DNA of 63,982 nt, counting the filler, from Aduncisulcus paluster (Eukaryota): NCBI GenBank assembly GCA_024181965.1. It is 6 parts of 6 records of this genome, joined end to end, with 100 filler letters (N's around TTAATTAATTAA, not from the genome) between each part and the next. Parts side by side here need not be neighbours in the genome. Positions count along the whole stretch, not along the records: positions 1 to 28,579 come from BQXS01012636.1; positions 28,680 to 39,313 come from BQXS01012637.1; 4 more parts are not named here. One strand, given 5' to 3'. Below are positions 22,688 to 33,291 of the stretch, piece by piece. Positions within the stretch are counted from its first letter, which is position 1, and each line of letters opens with the position of its first letter. The translations under genes and the position numbers were made by a program. The notes beneath the pieces were generated by a model. The model was not told where the DNA came from. It did no database searches and saw only the letters and a program-made list of their open reading frames with translations.

Positions 22688-25600
22688 TTAGAGCTTCCGT
22701 AGACGGTGTTTTGCCATATACTCCTTTAACAACTTCAAGTGTCGCATTGGCTTCGCAAGCTGCCATGTACTGCGTCCTTCTGGAAGTCCGTACCACTTCA
22801 CAAACACCTCCGATTGTCCTCCGCGGCGTCTGTGCTTTGTTATCTTGTCTACTAAACGATATCCAAGGTCCCGTATCGCCAAATTTAGAACCTGCTTCTC
22901 ATCTTGATCCTTATCCATGACGAAATCTACCATGTCGTCGATATGGACAGATTTTCCATCCCCTACAGCCGCGATATTCACAACTCGATATTCCTTTTCT
23001 GAAATCTTGCTCATCACTTTGTAAGGGCCTGAGAACTGAGGCGTTAGCTTATCTCTATCCTGAGTTTCTCTTACGAGCACGTACGAACCTTCTGTGAATT
23101 CTGGAATGTTCGTACCATCCCCTGCTTCTAACTTCCTTCTTTGAACTATGTCCGAACGTCTTCTAAGCTGATCAATGTTTGAGGTAAGAGATTCAACATA
23201 CATCTTTTCCTCTTCCCTCTCTTTTGGCATCTCGGCCTCAGACTCGATTCTTGATGCCTCCCAATTTTGGACGATTGATTTCGTTTTAAAATCCCCGTAA
23301 ACTAGTTTCTGCGGCGTTGTGGCCAGGGATGAATGCTTTGTATTGTTGCAGATGTTCTGCACAAGGGGCAGTAATTCCGACCACTTCTCTCTGTGTCCGA
23401 ACTCTATTATCAAGGCTTGATTGTGTTTTACCACCTCCTTATTCAGTCTTTCGACAATGCCATTTCCTGAATGGTGTCCCGTTATTATCCTATGATGTTC
23501 TATCCCGAAGGTATCATAGATATGGTCCGATAGGTAATTACAGTACTGTGTTCCTTGGTCACTAACCACAGTATGTGGGACTCCATGTCTGGCGAACCAC
23601 CCATTGAAGATTGCCATCGCTGCCTCTTGAGATCCAGTTGATCTGGCCGGTATAAGCTCGGCCCAACGCGTGAAGCAATCGACCATAACAATCACATAAC
23701 AATAGCCATTACTATCCGGGGGGAAAGGGCCCAAAGTGTCCACAGCTACTGTATGGAACGGTACTGATTTGTGCACCGATAACGGAGTCGACAACTTTGG
23801 AGGTTTTGCTTTCAATTTTATGCAGACAGGGCAGGCATCCACAAACTTTCTCACGTCTGTGTACAGTCCAGCCCATGATATACCACTCTGTAAGATTTTA
23901 TCTACCGTTGCCGATCGCCCACCATGTCCAACCCTGGCATTGTGGTGTTCTTTTACAATCCACGTCTTCAATTTCGAATCAGATCTCGGAATGAGCATTT
24001 TGTCGCCTTTGAGAGTCCAAAACACTCCGTTATCTTCGTAACAATCTTTCTTTTCCTCATCCGTCAGATGAACTTGCGCACCCTTAACTCTTGACGTCAG
24101 TTCACTCACGTCGATTGCCACTCTGCGTACGAAACCTGTTCTACTGAGTCCATCAGCAACCACATTAGATGCACCTTCGACATGACGTAGTGTGAATTCG
24201 AACTGAGACATCAAAGCGTTCCATCGTCTGACTTTCTGGTTCTTAGACTTTACCATGAATAGCAAATTTCGATGATCGGTCTCCACAACGAATTTCACAC
24301 CATACAAAAGGTGTTCGCATTTCTCGAGACAGTATTTTATAGCAAAACATTCCTGTTCATTTGTTTGCCATCTGGTCTCTGCTCCACGGAAAGCCTTACT
24401 TATAAACATTATCGTTTGTTCCGTTCCATCCTTCGCTTTCTGAAGTAAAATGCCACCTAATCCTACATCCGAAGCATCCGTCCGAAGTATGATCTCCTTA
24501 CTATAATCAATCTGATGTAACGGAGGTCTGTCCAATAATTCTTGTCGGATTTTATCGAAAACCTCTTGATGTAACTCTTTCCACTCGAACTTTCCTTTCA
24601 ACAATTTCCTAAGGGGGTCGATTCGTGATTCGAAATGATCAATATATTTTCTATAATAGCTGAATAATCCCACTATGGATTTAACCCCTTTTCTAGTCTT
24701 TGGAATAGCGAGATCTCGAAGTCCTTGAACCCGAGACGGAGCGATTCTGAGCGTATCCTTTAACACTTCCATCCCCAAATACTCGATCGTTTCCATACCG
24801 ATATTACACTTCTTCGCCTTCAGTCGTAGTCTAATATCGCGGAACCTCATGAATAACTTCCTTAGCTTCTCGACTAATTCCTTCACCGAATTTGCCGGTA
24901 CGATCACGTCATCAATGTATATTAAGCACACATTTGGGACTAAGTCACTCAGCAATCTAGACATCTCTTGTTGGAAATGCGCTGGGGCATTCTTTAGTCC
25001 GAAAGGAAGCCTCGTATATTCAAAATGCCCAGTTGGGGTGATGAATGCTGTCTTCTCTCGAGCCGAGTCCTCCAATAACACTTGATGGAAACCACTCCGT
25101 AGATCGAAAGTGGCGAATATTGAGTAACCCTTTAGTGATGACAGTAAATGCTGGACAGGGGGAAGAGGGTAAGGTAGTGGCTTGGTTATTGCGTTTAACT
25201 CCGTGAAGTCCGTACACAATCGCTTGTCACCATCTCGACGTGGAGCCAAAACTATTGGTGCCGCCCATGGGCTTGTGCTCTCCTTGATTATCCCCGCTTC
25301 TAACCAGTTCTGTACTTTATCCTCGACGATTTGCAGCTTTGCCGGAGCTAGAAACCTTGGTTTCCGATGAATAATCATATCCGACGTTGTATCTATTCGA
25401 AATTTTCTCAATTTTGATCCCTCTTTGGGAAGAACAGGGGAAAATATATCTTTAAATTCCTTCAACACTGGCAAAATAGATTTCCTGCCTCTTCCAACCG
25501 TCACCTTTTCAATCTCATTCATTAACTCGATGTCTGATATCTCCGAAGGAATGTCCCCTAATTCGTCGATTTTGGAGAATGGGTCAACATCTTCATCACA

Positions 25601-26902
25601 GTCTTTTCTTGGGAAGAATCTTGAGTTCAACACCCCCGTTGCTCTCGTCCAATCAACACCAAGCACCATATCATGAGTGTCGACGACATCACTAACCACC
25701 GCAAGGAAATGAGTTTCCAGCGGGTACGTATTGTTGTTATCATTTGTCGTGAATGTTACTTCCATTACCTTATCATGTCTTTCGTCGAACGAATCCCTCT
25801 TAATGACAATAGGCTTTGACAACTGCTTAGTGACCACATTTGTGAGTTTTTCATATAAACGTGGATTCACGATGTTAACCTGTGAAGCCGTATCCACTAG
25901 TGCTTTTACAGGAACCCTCACACTTCCGTCCTCAATAACACCATCCAAACAAACATCTTCGCCTTTACTTGCGATAATAACGGCGCGTACTTCTTTATCC
26001 GATACCTCTGCTCGTGGTTTCCTGTGAAATCCACGGCCACGTCCTCGACCACGACCACGGGGGTAACGAGCGGTGTCATGATTAGAATCCCTCTTACTAG
26101 AACCCTCTCTCCCGCGATGATGTTTCTTCCTCTCTCTCCCAAAAGATTCAACAATTGCAGCATGCTCAAAAAACTCCTTTGCACGCTCGTAAAGATCTCT
26201 CAAACTAAATTCTGTTGAAAAACGTACGGCATCAAGAAGACCCGCCTTGAAGTCACGGTCCTCGCACTCCAGTACACAAATAGCGGCAACCCCTTTCTGT
26301 CGTGTTCTCGATAACACCTTCGGTAGTAAAGATAGTTCATCACCTACCTTACCTAAGTAGGTTCTTAGGGAATCTATGGTCATCTTACCCTTTGGGACTA
26401 GTTCTTTTATCCTGTTCTTCAGGATGGGGAAAGACTTTGCGGCATGCTCAGCGGCCAAAGACTTGATCACATCTGTCCTCTTTGACTGATCCACCTCGAT
26501 CAGTGCCCATTCCAACTGGGCAGAGCGATTTAAACATTGTTCAGCAGGAAGCCTTCCTCCTGACTTTTTGTATTCCTCATACTCGTTACGGAAGTTTAAG
26601 AAGTCCATTCTAGCACAAGATTTTAAGATAGGGCGCTTTAGTGGGACGTCAACTATTCTTTTCTGGAACGTCTCTGATCCTGAAGATTCACCTTCTTTCA
26701 TGAGGTCTCCTTTCGTTTCTGTCTTCCCTCCAGGGGACTTTTGAGCCCAATTTGACGCCAAACATTTCAAAACTTCCTTATGTTGAGCCGGGTTTAACGC
26801 CTTCGGATCTTTTAGGACGTGTAATAATTCTTCGACCGAAAGCTCTGATGCAAGTTTTGTACTTCCATCATCAAATGAAAATAAAATCGGTTTTTTCTCC
26901 AT
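22688..26902 (-). CDS. Gag-Pol polyprotein, 1404 aa: gag, protease, RT, RNase H, integrase, chromodomain
   Basis: LVDTAS, LPFGLKNAP, YIDD, TDASDVGLG, HH..GHGG...CPVC, VDTLGP/SDQG/NGIVERLN, GPY, VKWYG...STWQ. Confidence 0.97.
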   Translation of the reverse strand: MEKKPILFSFDDGSTKLASELSVEELLHVLKDPKALNPAQHKEVLKCLASNWAQKSPGGKTETKGDLMKEGESSGSETFQKRIVDVPLKRPILKSCARMDFLNFRNEYEEYKKSGGRLPAEQCLNRSAQLEWALIEVDQSKRTDVIKSLAAEHAAKSFPILKNRIKELVPKGKMTIDSLRTYLGKVGDELSLLPKVLSRTRQKGVAAICVLECEDRDFKAGLLDAVRFSTEFSLRDLYERAKEFFEHAAIVESFGRERKKHHRGREGSSKRDSNHDTARYPRGRGRGRGRGFHRKPRAEVSDKEVRAVIIASKGEDVCLDGVIEDGSVRVPVKALVDTASQVNIVNPRLYEKLTNVVTKQLSKPIVIKRDSFDERHDKVMEVTFTTNDNNNTYPLETHFLAVVSDVVDTHDMVLGVDWTRATGVLNSRFFPRKDCDEDVDPFSKIDELGDIPSEISDIELMNEIEKVTVGRGRKSILPVLKEFKDIFSPVLPKEGSKLRKFRIDTTSDMIIHRKPRFLAPAKLQIVEDKVQNWLEAGIIKESTSPWAAPIVLAPRRDGDKRLCTDFTELNAITKPLPYPLPPVQHLLSSLKGYSIFATFDLRSGFHQVLLEDSAREKTAFITPTGHFEYTRLPFGLKNAPAHFQQEMSRLLSDLVPNVCLIYIDDVIVPANSVKELVEKLRKLFMRFRDIRLRLKAKKCNIGMETIEYLGMEVLKDTLRIAPSRVQGLRDLAIPKTRKGVKSIVGLFSYYRKYIDHFESRIDPLRKLLKGKFEWKELHQEVFDKIRQELLDRPPLHQIDYSKEIILRTDASDVGLGGILLQKAKDGTEQTIMFISKAFRGAETRWQTNEQECFAIKYCLEKCEHLLYGVKFVVETDHRNLLFMVKSKNQKVRRWNALMSQFEFTLRHVEGASNVVADGLSRTGFVRRVAIDVSELTSRVKGAQVHLTDEEKKDCYEDNGVFWTLKGDKMLIPRSDSKLKTWIVKEHHNARVGHGGRSATVDKILQSGISWAGLYTDVRKFVDACPVCIKLKAKPPKLSTPLSVHKSVPFHTVAVDTLGPFPPDSNGYCYVIVMVDCFTRWAELIPARSTGSQEAAMAIFNGWFARHGVPHTVVSDQGTQYCNYLSDHIYDTFGIEHHRIITGHHSGNGIVERLNKEVVKHNQALIIEFGHREKWSELLPLVQNICNNTKHSSLATTPQKLVYGDFKTKSIVQNWEASRIESEAEMPKEREEEKMYVESLTSNIDQLRRRSDIVQRRKLEAGDGTNIPEFTEGSYVLVRETQDRDKLTPQFSGPYKVMSKISEKEYRVVNIAAVGDGKSVHIDDMVDFVMDKDQDEKQVLNLAIRDLGYRLVDKITKHRRRGGQSEVFVKWYGLPEGRSTWQLAKPMRHLKLLKEYMAKHRLRKL

Positions 26903-26992
26903 TTTCCTACGTAATACCGACGCAAAAAAAATCAGTGAAAATGTAGAAAAAAAATAAAAATTTATAAAAAATTAATCCAAGAAATTAATTTC

Positions 26993-27079
26993 TGTAATCA
27001 GGCCTGGGTCAGTCTGAGTCGAACTAGCGTTCACTGTACCAAATTTATTATTTCGTCGGGCTCATCCGAACCCACTACA
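26993..27079 (-). repeat. 5' LTR of element B (87 bp)
   Basis: Identical to 22562-22648, followed by the palindrome GAAATTAATTTC. Confidence 0.95.
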
Positions 27080-27480
27080 ATGATATCGTCGATGTGTACG
27101 ATCTGCCTTCCGGCAGGCTCGAGATCATTCTTAACGACGTAAGTCTTTGCTCCCGTCCTTTCTATTATCTCGAATGGGCCGAACATGTTTGATTTCAGCT
27201 TCGTTCCGCCTTCGTGCTGTTTCACGAATACTTTCATACCTTTTTCCACCGTTCTGATCTTTTCTTCTTGCTCCACGTCGACTCTTCCGAGTTCCTTTTT
27301 CCTCTGACTCTCCTCCGAGGCTACCCGGAGCTTTTGAATGTTATCTGTAAGGATTTTAACAAATTCAATCTCAGCCTCCCTTCCCTTCGGCATCTCCTTC
27401 TCCGAAACCTCTCTCGACTCTTGCCAATCTCTTAGCAGAGTGTTTTTCTCGAAACGACCGTACATAAGCTCGTGAGCAAT
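27080..27480 (-). pseudogene. Ty3/gypsy integrase C-terminal (GPF) fragment, host of element B
   Basis: HELMYG...KLKSNMFGPFEII...IVHIDDI, homologous to the integrase tails of A and B. Confidence 0.8.
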
Positions 27481-27792
27481 ACCACAATGGTAATTGAAAA
27501 ACAACAACAACAGATTGATGCACTATCAGGAGCAGTGCAGAAGTTAACATCCATGCTTCAGTCTATTGTACAAAAAGAAACTCCCATTGGTCACTCTTTG
27601 GCTCAAAGACATGAGCTACTAAGCCCAGTTCAAACACTCGATCTAGATCACTCGTGCCCACCCATTCCCCCGAGCCGACCACCACCTAAGCCTCTTGAGA
27701 GAAAAGAACTTGAACCTCTTGGAAAAAAAGAGCTTGTGTTATGGTTGAGACAATTTACTACAATAAACTACTCGAATCCGATGATTCTATAA
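27472..27792 (+). pseudogene. Gag N-terminal remnant
   Basis: Coiled coil, Pro-rich linker, then LEPLGKKELVLWLRQF similar to neighbouring gag starts. Confidence 0.4.
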
Positions 27793-28095
27793 ATAGAACC
27801 TGACAGCTTGAACCCTCTTTATTTAAGCCCGATATCTCACCCCCGAATCTCTTTAATGTAATTCCCATTCTTCCCTCTGTACTGAAGGTTTATGCATTAA
27901 AAGTAGGAAACTAAGACCGAACCAGAAATAAATACAATATAATAAAATATTATATTGACTTTTATTTGATTATCTATATCTATATCATATCAACAGAATC
28001 TTCTCATGACCAAAATGAGAAAGCATGTTTCCAATAAAAAAAAATATTATACTCATTAAAAGCCTAACAAAGAAAAAAGACTTGCTTTTGCAGAA

Positions 28096-28374
28096 ATGGA
28101 GTATATTTCCTCTCCTGGAAGCCCACCAAGAGCATCAATTATTCAAAGGCAGCATGTTACACCTAAAGTAAGAGAGAGAGTAGCCTATGCTTGTCTATTT
28201 TTTAATTCGTCGGTCAGCATGTGTGCTAATGCTTTATTAGTTACTGAAAGAACGATTCGAAATTGGATTTCAAGGTTTTTTACAGAATCAAATATATTTC
28301 AATTCGTGAAAACTTCTAATTTGAAAGAAGGGTTGATAATTGTGTTGAACTTCGGGAACTGCTGTTTTCTTTAG
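28096..28374 (+). pseudogene. IS630/Tc1-like transposase HTH fragment
   Basis: SVSMCANALLVTERTIRNWISRF HTH, similar to the 4267 ORF. Confidence 0.55.
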
Positions 28375-28579
28375 AAAAAATAATACAAAAAATAGATACC
28401 GGTTCCAACAATAATAATGGGCCCCATGGAATGACAACCCGGGGTTGTCATTTTTCTAGCTGGTGACGATAGTATCACAACAAAAACAACTATGACAATT
28501 GAATCAACTTGTAGCTGATATAAGTTATATCTAAATTATAAGACATTTTTTTTATCAGAGTGTCCCAAATTTTCCGAAT

Positions 28580-28679
28580 NNNNNNNNNNNNNNNNNNNNN
28601 NNNNNNNNNNNNNNNNNNNNNNNTTAATTAATTAANNNNNNNNNNNNNNNNNNNNNNNNNNNNNNNNNNNNNNNNNNNN
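28580..28679. other. Artificial contig linker (N44-TTAATTAATTAA-N44)
   Basis: All-frame stop linker inside Ns; repeated at 39314-39413, 53608-53707, 56586-56685 and 62282-62381. Confidence 0.97.
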
Positions 28680-31600
28680 GAAGAAAGGCTGGTTCAGTCA
28701 AAAGCCCATTCCAATTCATATTCATTCGTTTTCTTGTTATGCCATTTCAATTCCTGCAGCGATCGTAGCCCACATATTCTCAGACTCCATGACTCTTGAC
28801 AAACCTGATGTTAACGTCGGGATGCCTGTTCCCGACTTGAAACAAGAGAGTGGTTACGTTCGTGTATGCATGATCAAACCGAGAGAGATCTCATTGCCCT
28901 CGAAACCAGTCAAAACACCATCGGATAAGATCCCTGATTATGTTGACGTTTGTAGGAATGACGATGGATCGAAATGTGGACAAGGATACATTGATGATTC
29001 GAAGGGAAAATGTTTTGTCGTTCTTCAGATTGGAGAGGAAGAGAAATCTGGGGAAGAAGTTGAAAACCGAAAGATTGAGGTGAGTGAGGATACAAAAAGA
29101 ACTCTTGTTACATTGTTCCAATCGACTCCAGATTCTGTACCTTGCATATTTTTAGATAGGGAAACCGGTGACAGATATTTCTCCATTATTCGTGTGTCCA
29201 CAATGGATATAATTTCCCCACCTGCGCCTCTCCTTCTTCTTGGCCCCAATGAGAGTGTTATACGGTGTGTATGTTTCTTTGGAGTTTGCATTGTCGTCAC
29301 ACAGATACGGATTGTCTTCATACAAACACATGTGGAGAAAGAAGGCAAAGGCATCACTCGTGCCAAAAGGTCTTCCTCTCAAGGTAATCACCTCTCTGTA
29401 TCTCGCTCCCTTGCTCCTGCTGTGTCTTCATTCGTTCAGTCGTTGGACTCTCGAAATATCATTCTTTCCCCATCACATCCTTTTGTTCAGGGATGGGTAT
29501 CTATATCCTTCGATGTTGATTCCCTGTTATTGTTGTCCTCTTCAGCATGCATTGTGTCCGATGGTGAGAGGATATGGTTTGTTACGAGTAAGTCTGGCAC
29601 AATCAAACAAACCGTGTTGTTGGCCACATTGCCACCTCTATTTCCTTTGAAGCTCACTTCATTCTCAACATTTGATGATGATAAGTTTATTGCCATGGGT
29701 CCAGAATCTCCGATGTCAAAGCTCTCTGGGGATTCTTCTGCCGAATCGCTCTCATGTCTCACAAGTCTCTCCTCTTCTTCCTCATTCTCCTCTTCTTTCC
29801 CTCTCTCTATTCACATGGAGCATAAGGCTTCAAATTCAATGATCTCGCTGCATATCAATGTCGATCTCCTTCATTCTTTGTTGTTCGGAGTGACATCAAC
29901 CAATACAATGTTAAATATTTTGGCTCAAGGCAACAAGGTCGATCCTCTTAATAGTTTCATTTTAAGTTGTGTCCCAACACAAAAACTAACGGAATATGAA
30001 CTGAGGCAACATGGAATCACCGAGGCCAAATGGCTCCGTTGTCTCGTTGAGAGGAAGGATATGTCTGGAAGGCAACGTTTGGATGATCTTCCCATTGCAA
30101 TGTCATCTTCGCCCACTGCTTCGATTACTGCTTCCTCTATCATGTCAGCCTTTTCTCTCTTTCCTACTCAATTTGAAGCCATACAATCTCTTTTGTCTAA
30201 TGTGTTCAAGCATTCGAATCCTCGTAATTGGATTGATTCTATTGTTGCAGCGAACACAATTGTTGAGTATTTACACAGCCATGGTATGAATTATGAAGCT
30301 GAATTGTTGAGTGAGTCGATGTCACTCGTTCAATGGCAAAGCTATTTCGAAGAACACGCACGTATTTCTAGTGGGGTGGGCATTTTACAGCCGCATGAAC
30401 GGACATCATCTCAATCAAAGGAGAGGAAATTCTATGAGGGAAATAATGAAACTGGTTCAGATTCTTCATACACCGATCAGCCCATATCTACTGATTTGTC
30501 CAGAACAGACAGTTCCGGCGATCTGCGAGGCTCTCCGATGATGCTATCACAATTGTCCACGTCAGGACCCTCAAAGGAGCGGATGAAGGAACTTCAAAAG
30601 CAGCAAAAGCATGCTGCCGATTCCTTATTGAAGTATTTGAAGAGTTCCTCAACTATTGGGGAGCTATTTCCATTTGTATCTGAGAGAGCAGCTCTCTTGA
30701 AGCGCGGAGATGCCATTGATGAGACCGTGGATGATATTTGGAAGAGCTATTTCACTGAGGATATATCTCGGCATGAAGTCCTTAGGGAGTTACAGAAAAA
30801 GAAATGGTTGGGATATCAGGAAGAATGGAAGAAGTTGTGTGATGGTGTAGACAAGGACGCTATTAAAGCGAAGGTCCAGCGTATGAAGGAGCTACAAGAT
30901 CAGGATGATTATTTTGTCGACAATCCAGGTGCTCTGACCTTCTTCACAGTACTTACATACCGAAATGAATGTACAAATCCTCGAAGATTTGTGTGTAAGT
31001 CCCCTCAGGAGGCTATTGAGTTTGTTTCCAGGAGTGAAGAGGATGTGCTCGGTGGAAGAAAAAATGGTATCCATGGACGCGTGTCTGTCGCAAGAATGTC
31101 AAAGGATGGCGAGGAGATATCTGGGTCTACACCGAAAGAGGTTGATGAGAAGCTAATCATAACCATCGAAGAAGCTATTGATATGGAAAGTATTGGAAAG
31201 AAGAAGAAAAAGAATATGTTTGACTTTGCTGATGATGAAAACGATGGACCTACCGATGATTTTGGTGGAAATACTGCCGGTGAAGATGATTTCTTTGATC
31301 AGAAATCTCCTGCCTTGAAGAAATTTGACTTCACTATTAAAAAACGAAACAAAGGAGTTGATTCTGAGTCCTCTGAATCTGAAGATAAGAAGAAAAAGAA
31401 GACTCTCTCAACCTTTTCGTTTGCTCCTGCTCCCCTCTCCCCCTTAATATCTTCCTCAAGATCAGAGTCACGGGACACAACTCCCATTCAAGGAAAGAAG
31501 AAGAAGAAGATATGTTTGACTTTGCTGATGATGAAAACGATGGACCTACCGATGATTTTGGTGGAAATACTGCCGGTGAAGATGATTTCTTTGATCAGAA

Positions 31601-33050
31601 ATCTCCTGCCTTGAAGAAATTTGACTTCACTATTAAAAAACGAAACAAAGGAGTTGATTCTGAGTCCTCTGAATCTGAAGATAAGAAGAAAAAGAAGACT
31701 CTCTCAACCTTTTCGTTTGCTCCTGCTCCCCTCTCCCCCTTAATATCTTCCTCAAGATCAGAGTCACGGGACACAACTCCCATTCAAGGAAAGAAGAAGA
31801 AGAAGATCGAAAAAAGCAAGCTTAGTGTTGATCCATTTGCTTCGTTTGGCTTTGGATCATCGGATGAACATCAGGAAGAATCCTCAGAGAACCAAGATGA
31901 AGCTGAGAAAGAACCCGATAATATTGAATCAATTCCTGCAACCACTAAATCTATCACAACTGAAAAGGATTTAACTAATGGCCTCGCCAATAATGCAAAG
32001 GAGATAGATGTAGCAATAACAGATGATAAGGACGAGGAGAGCTCAATTTCTGTGATTGGGAAGAAAAAGTTACCTCATGCGAAATCACAAAAGATTGTCC
32101 CTTTGATTGTTCCCACTATGGATATTTCTACACCTTCTCCTCCTTCCTCAACGAGTTCAAGTCTTAGTTCCCTTCCTTCTGCTCCTTCAATGGGTGCTTT
32201 CAGATACCATCGGTCTCCGTCAATCATTTCTCTCTCAAAGCTCACAAACTCAAGTGCAAGAACATTTTCATCAACCCGTGTGTTTGCTGACAACCATTTG
32301 ATTGGGGGTTTGGGAGATATCACGAAAGCTAACCTTGAAAAGGTGAGCAAAATGGTGAAACTCAGTATGCAAGCTTGTGTATCCGAAGATGATGATGAAT
32401 TGGCGAAAAAAGTTGGTATGTTCCGCTTGTATGTTAAGATTATCATTCGTCTTAAGCATATTATGGCCAAGAAGGAAGAATCTCAAATGTCTCATTCCGA
32501 TATGGTCTCTCCTTGTTCATCATCTCTTGATAAATTATCATCCTTGGCACTTGGACTGCTCCTTACTTCACTCAAACTACCTGCTTCCTTGCTAGCTCTG
32601 AGATATAGGCTTCATCTCCTGAGTTTGACAGTGGACATGTGTACCAAATTCAAATTGTCTTCGCTTGCACAGAGAATAGCTCCTCCCCTCCAACTTGCTC
32701 TTCAAAAGATGAAGGCCAAAATGGGAGATCAACTTGTGTCGATGTGTGAAAAGACGATGGAAAAGTACGAAACGATGATAAAAAGCGGTGTGGGTTCACT
32801 AGACGTGAAATCGATTCTTTCCAGGATTAAATCCGTGTTTTGTGGATCCTATAAGTGTTCAAATTGCGGCAAAGTATGCGAAATTGATTTGTTAAAAGGT
32901 TCTTGCGTATGCAAACAAAAAATTTCTTTGTGTAGTGATTCTCTCATGCTCTCTGAAGAATCCAGTATTGAATGTCAATGGTGTTCTTGTTTGAATGGGA
33001 AAGTGGGGGATACCTGCTGTGTCTGTGGGAAAGAATTGGAAATGAAATAA
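28680..33050 (+). CDS. Large coat-scaffold protein, TSET TTRAY/TWD40-1 (alpha-COP-like) candidate; 5'-truncated, frame break caused by a 296-bp duplication
   Basis: ORFs 28789-31614 and 31512-33050 join into one if one repeat copy is removed; beta-rich N-part, acidic linker with FDF/DDF/DPF motifs, helical C-domain ending CSDSL...CQWC...CCVCG. Confidence 0.5.
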
Positions 33051-33291
33051 ATAATTTCTTTAAAACATAACAGATATCCCCAAAGATTTTATTAATATAC
33101 TCTGCTGATTCCAAGTGACAATGATTATCTTTATATGAAAAGAAATTATACAATTAATATAGTTATTTTTTTTGACTGTCATATATTCTATTTTCGATGT
33201 AATTCGCCTCTTGAGATCAAATTGACCTTTTGGCTCGAATTTCACTTTAAGAAGGAAGTTAAATTGGAAGAACTTTGAGGCCAATTTCAAT

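Larger units (their letters stand above)
22562..27079 (-). mobile_element. Full-length, apparently intact Ty3/gypsy chromodomain LTR retrotransposon, element B (4518 bp)
   Basis: Identical 87-bp LTRs, ATG duplicated on the flanks, PPT AAAGAGGAGG (22652-22661, minus), one uninterrupted ORF. Confidence 0.97.

Noticed and set aside
27040..27070. Canonical hammerhead ribozyme in the LTR (CGGATGAG...CGAAA on the minus strand)
   Set aside because: Core is CGGA rather than CTGA, element A has GAAT, and no convincing stem III plus NUH and stem I can be drawn; kept only as a generic structure hypothesis
28624..28635. TTAATTAATTAA motif recurring five times in the window
   Set aside because: Always centred in a 100-bp N block; an artificial contig linker, so gene adjacency across it has no meaning
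31195..31805. Apparent programmed frameshift or two-gene split in the large coat-like gene
   Set aside because: Explained by an exact 296-bp duplication joined at a GAAGAAGAA run; most likely a gap-closing artefact
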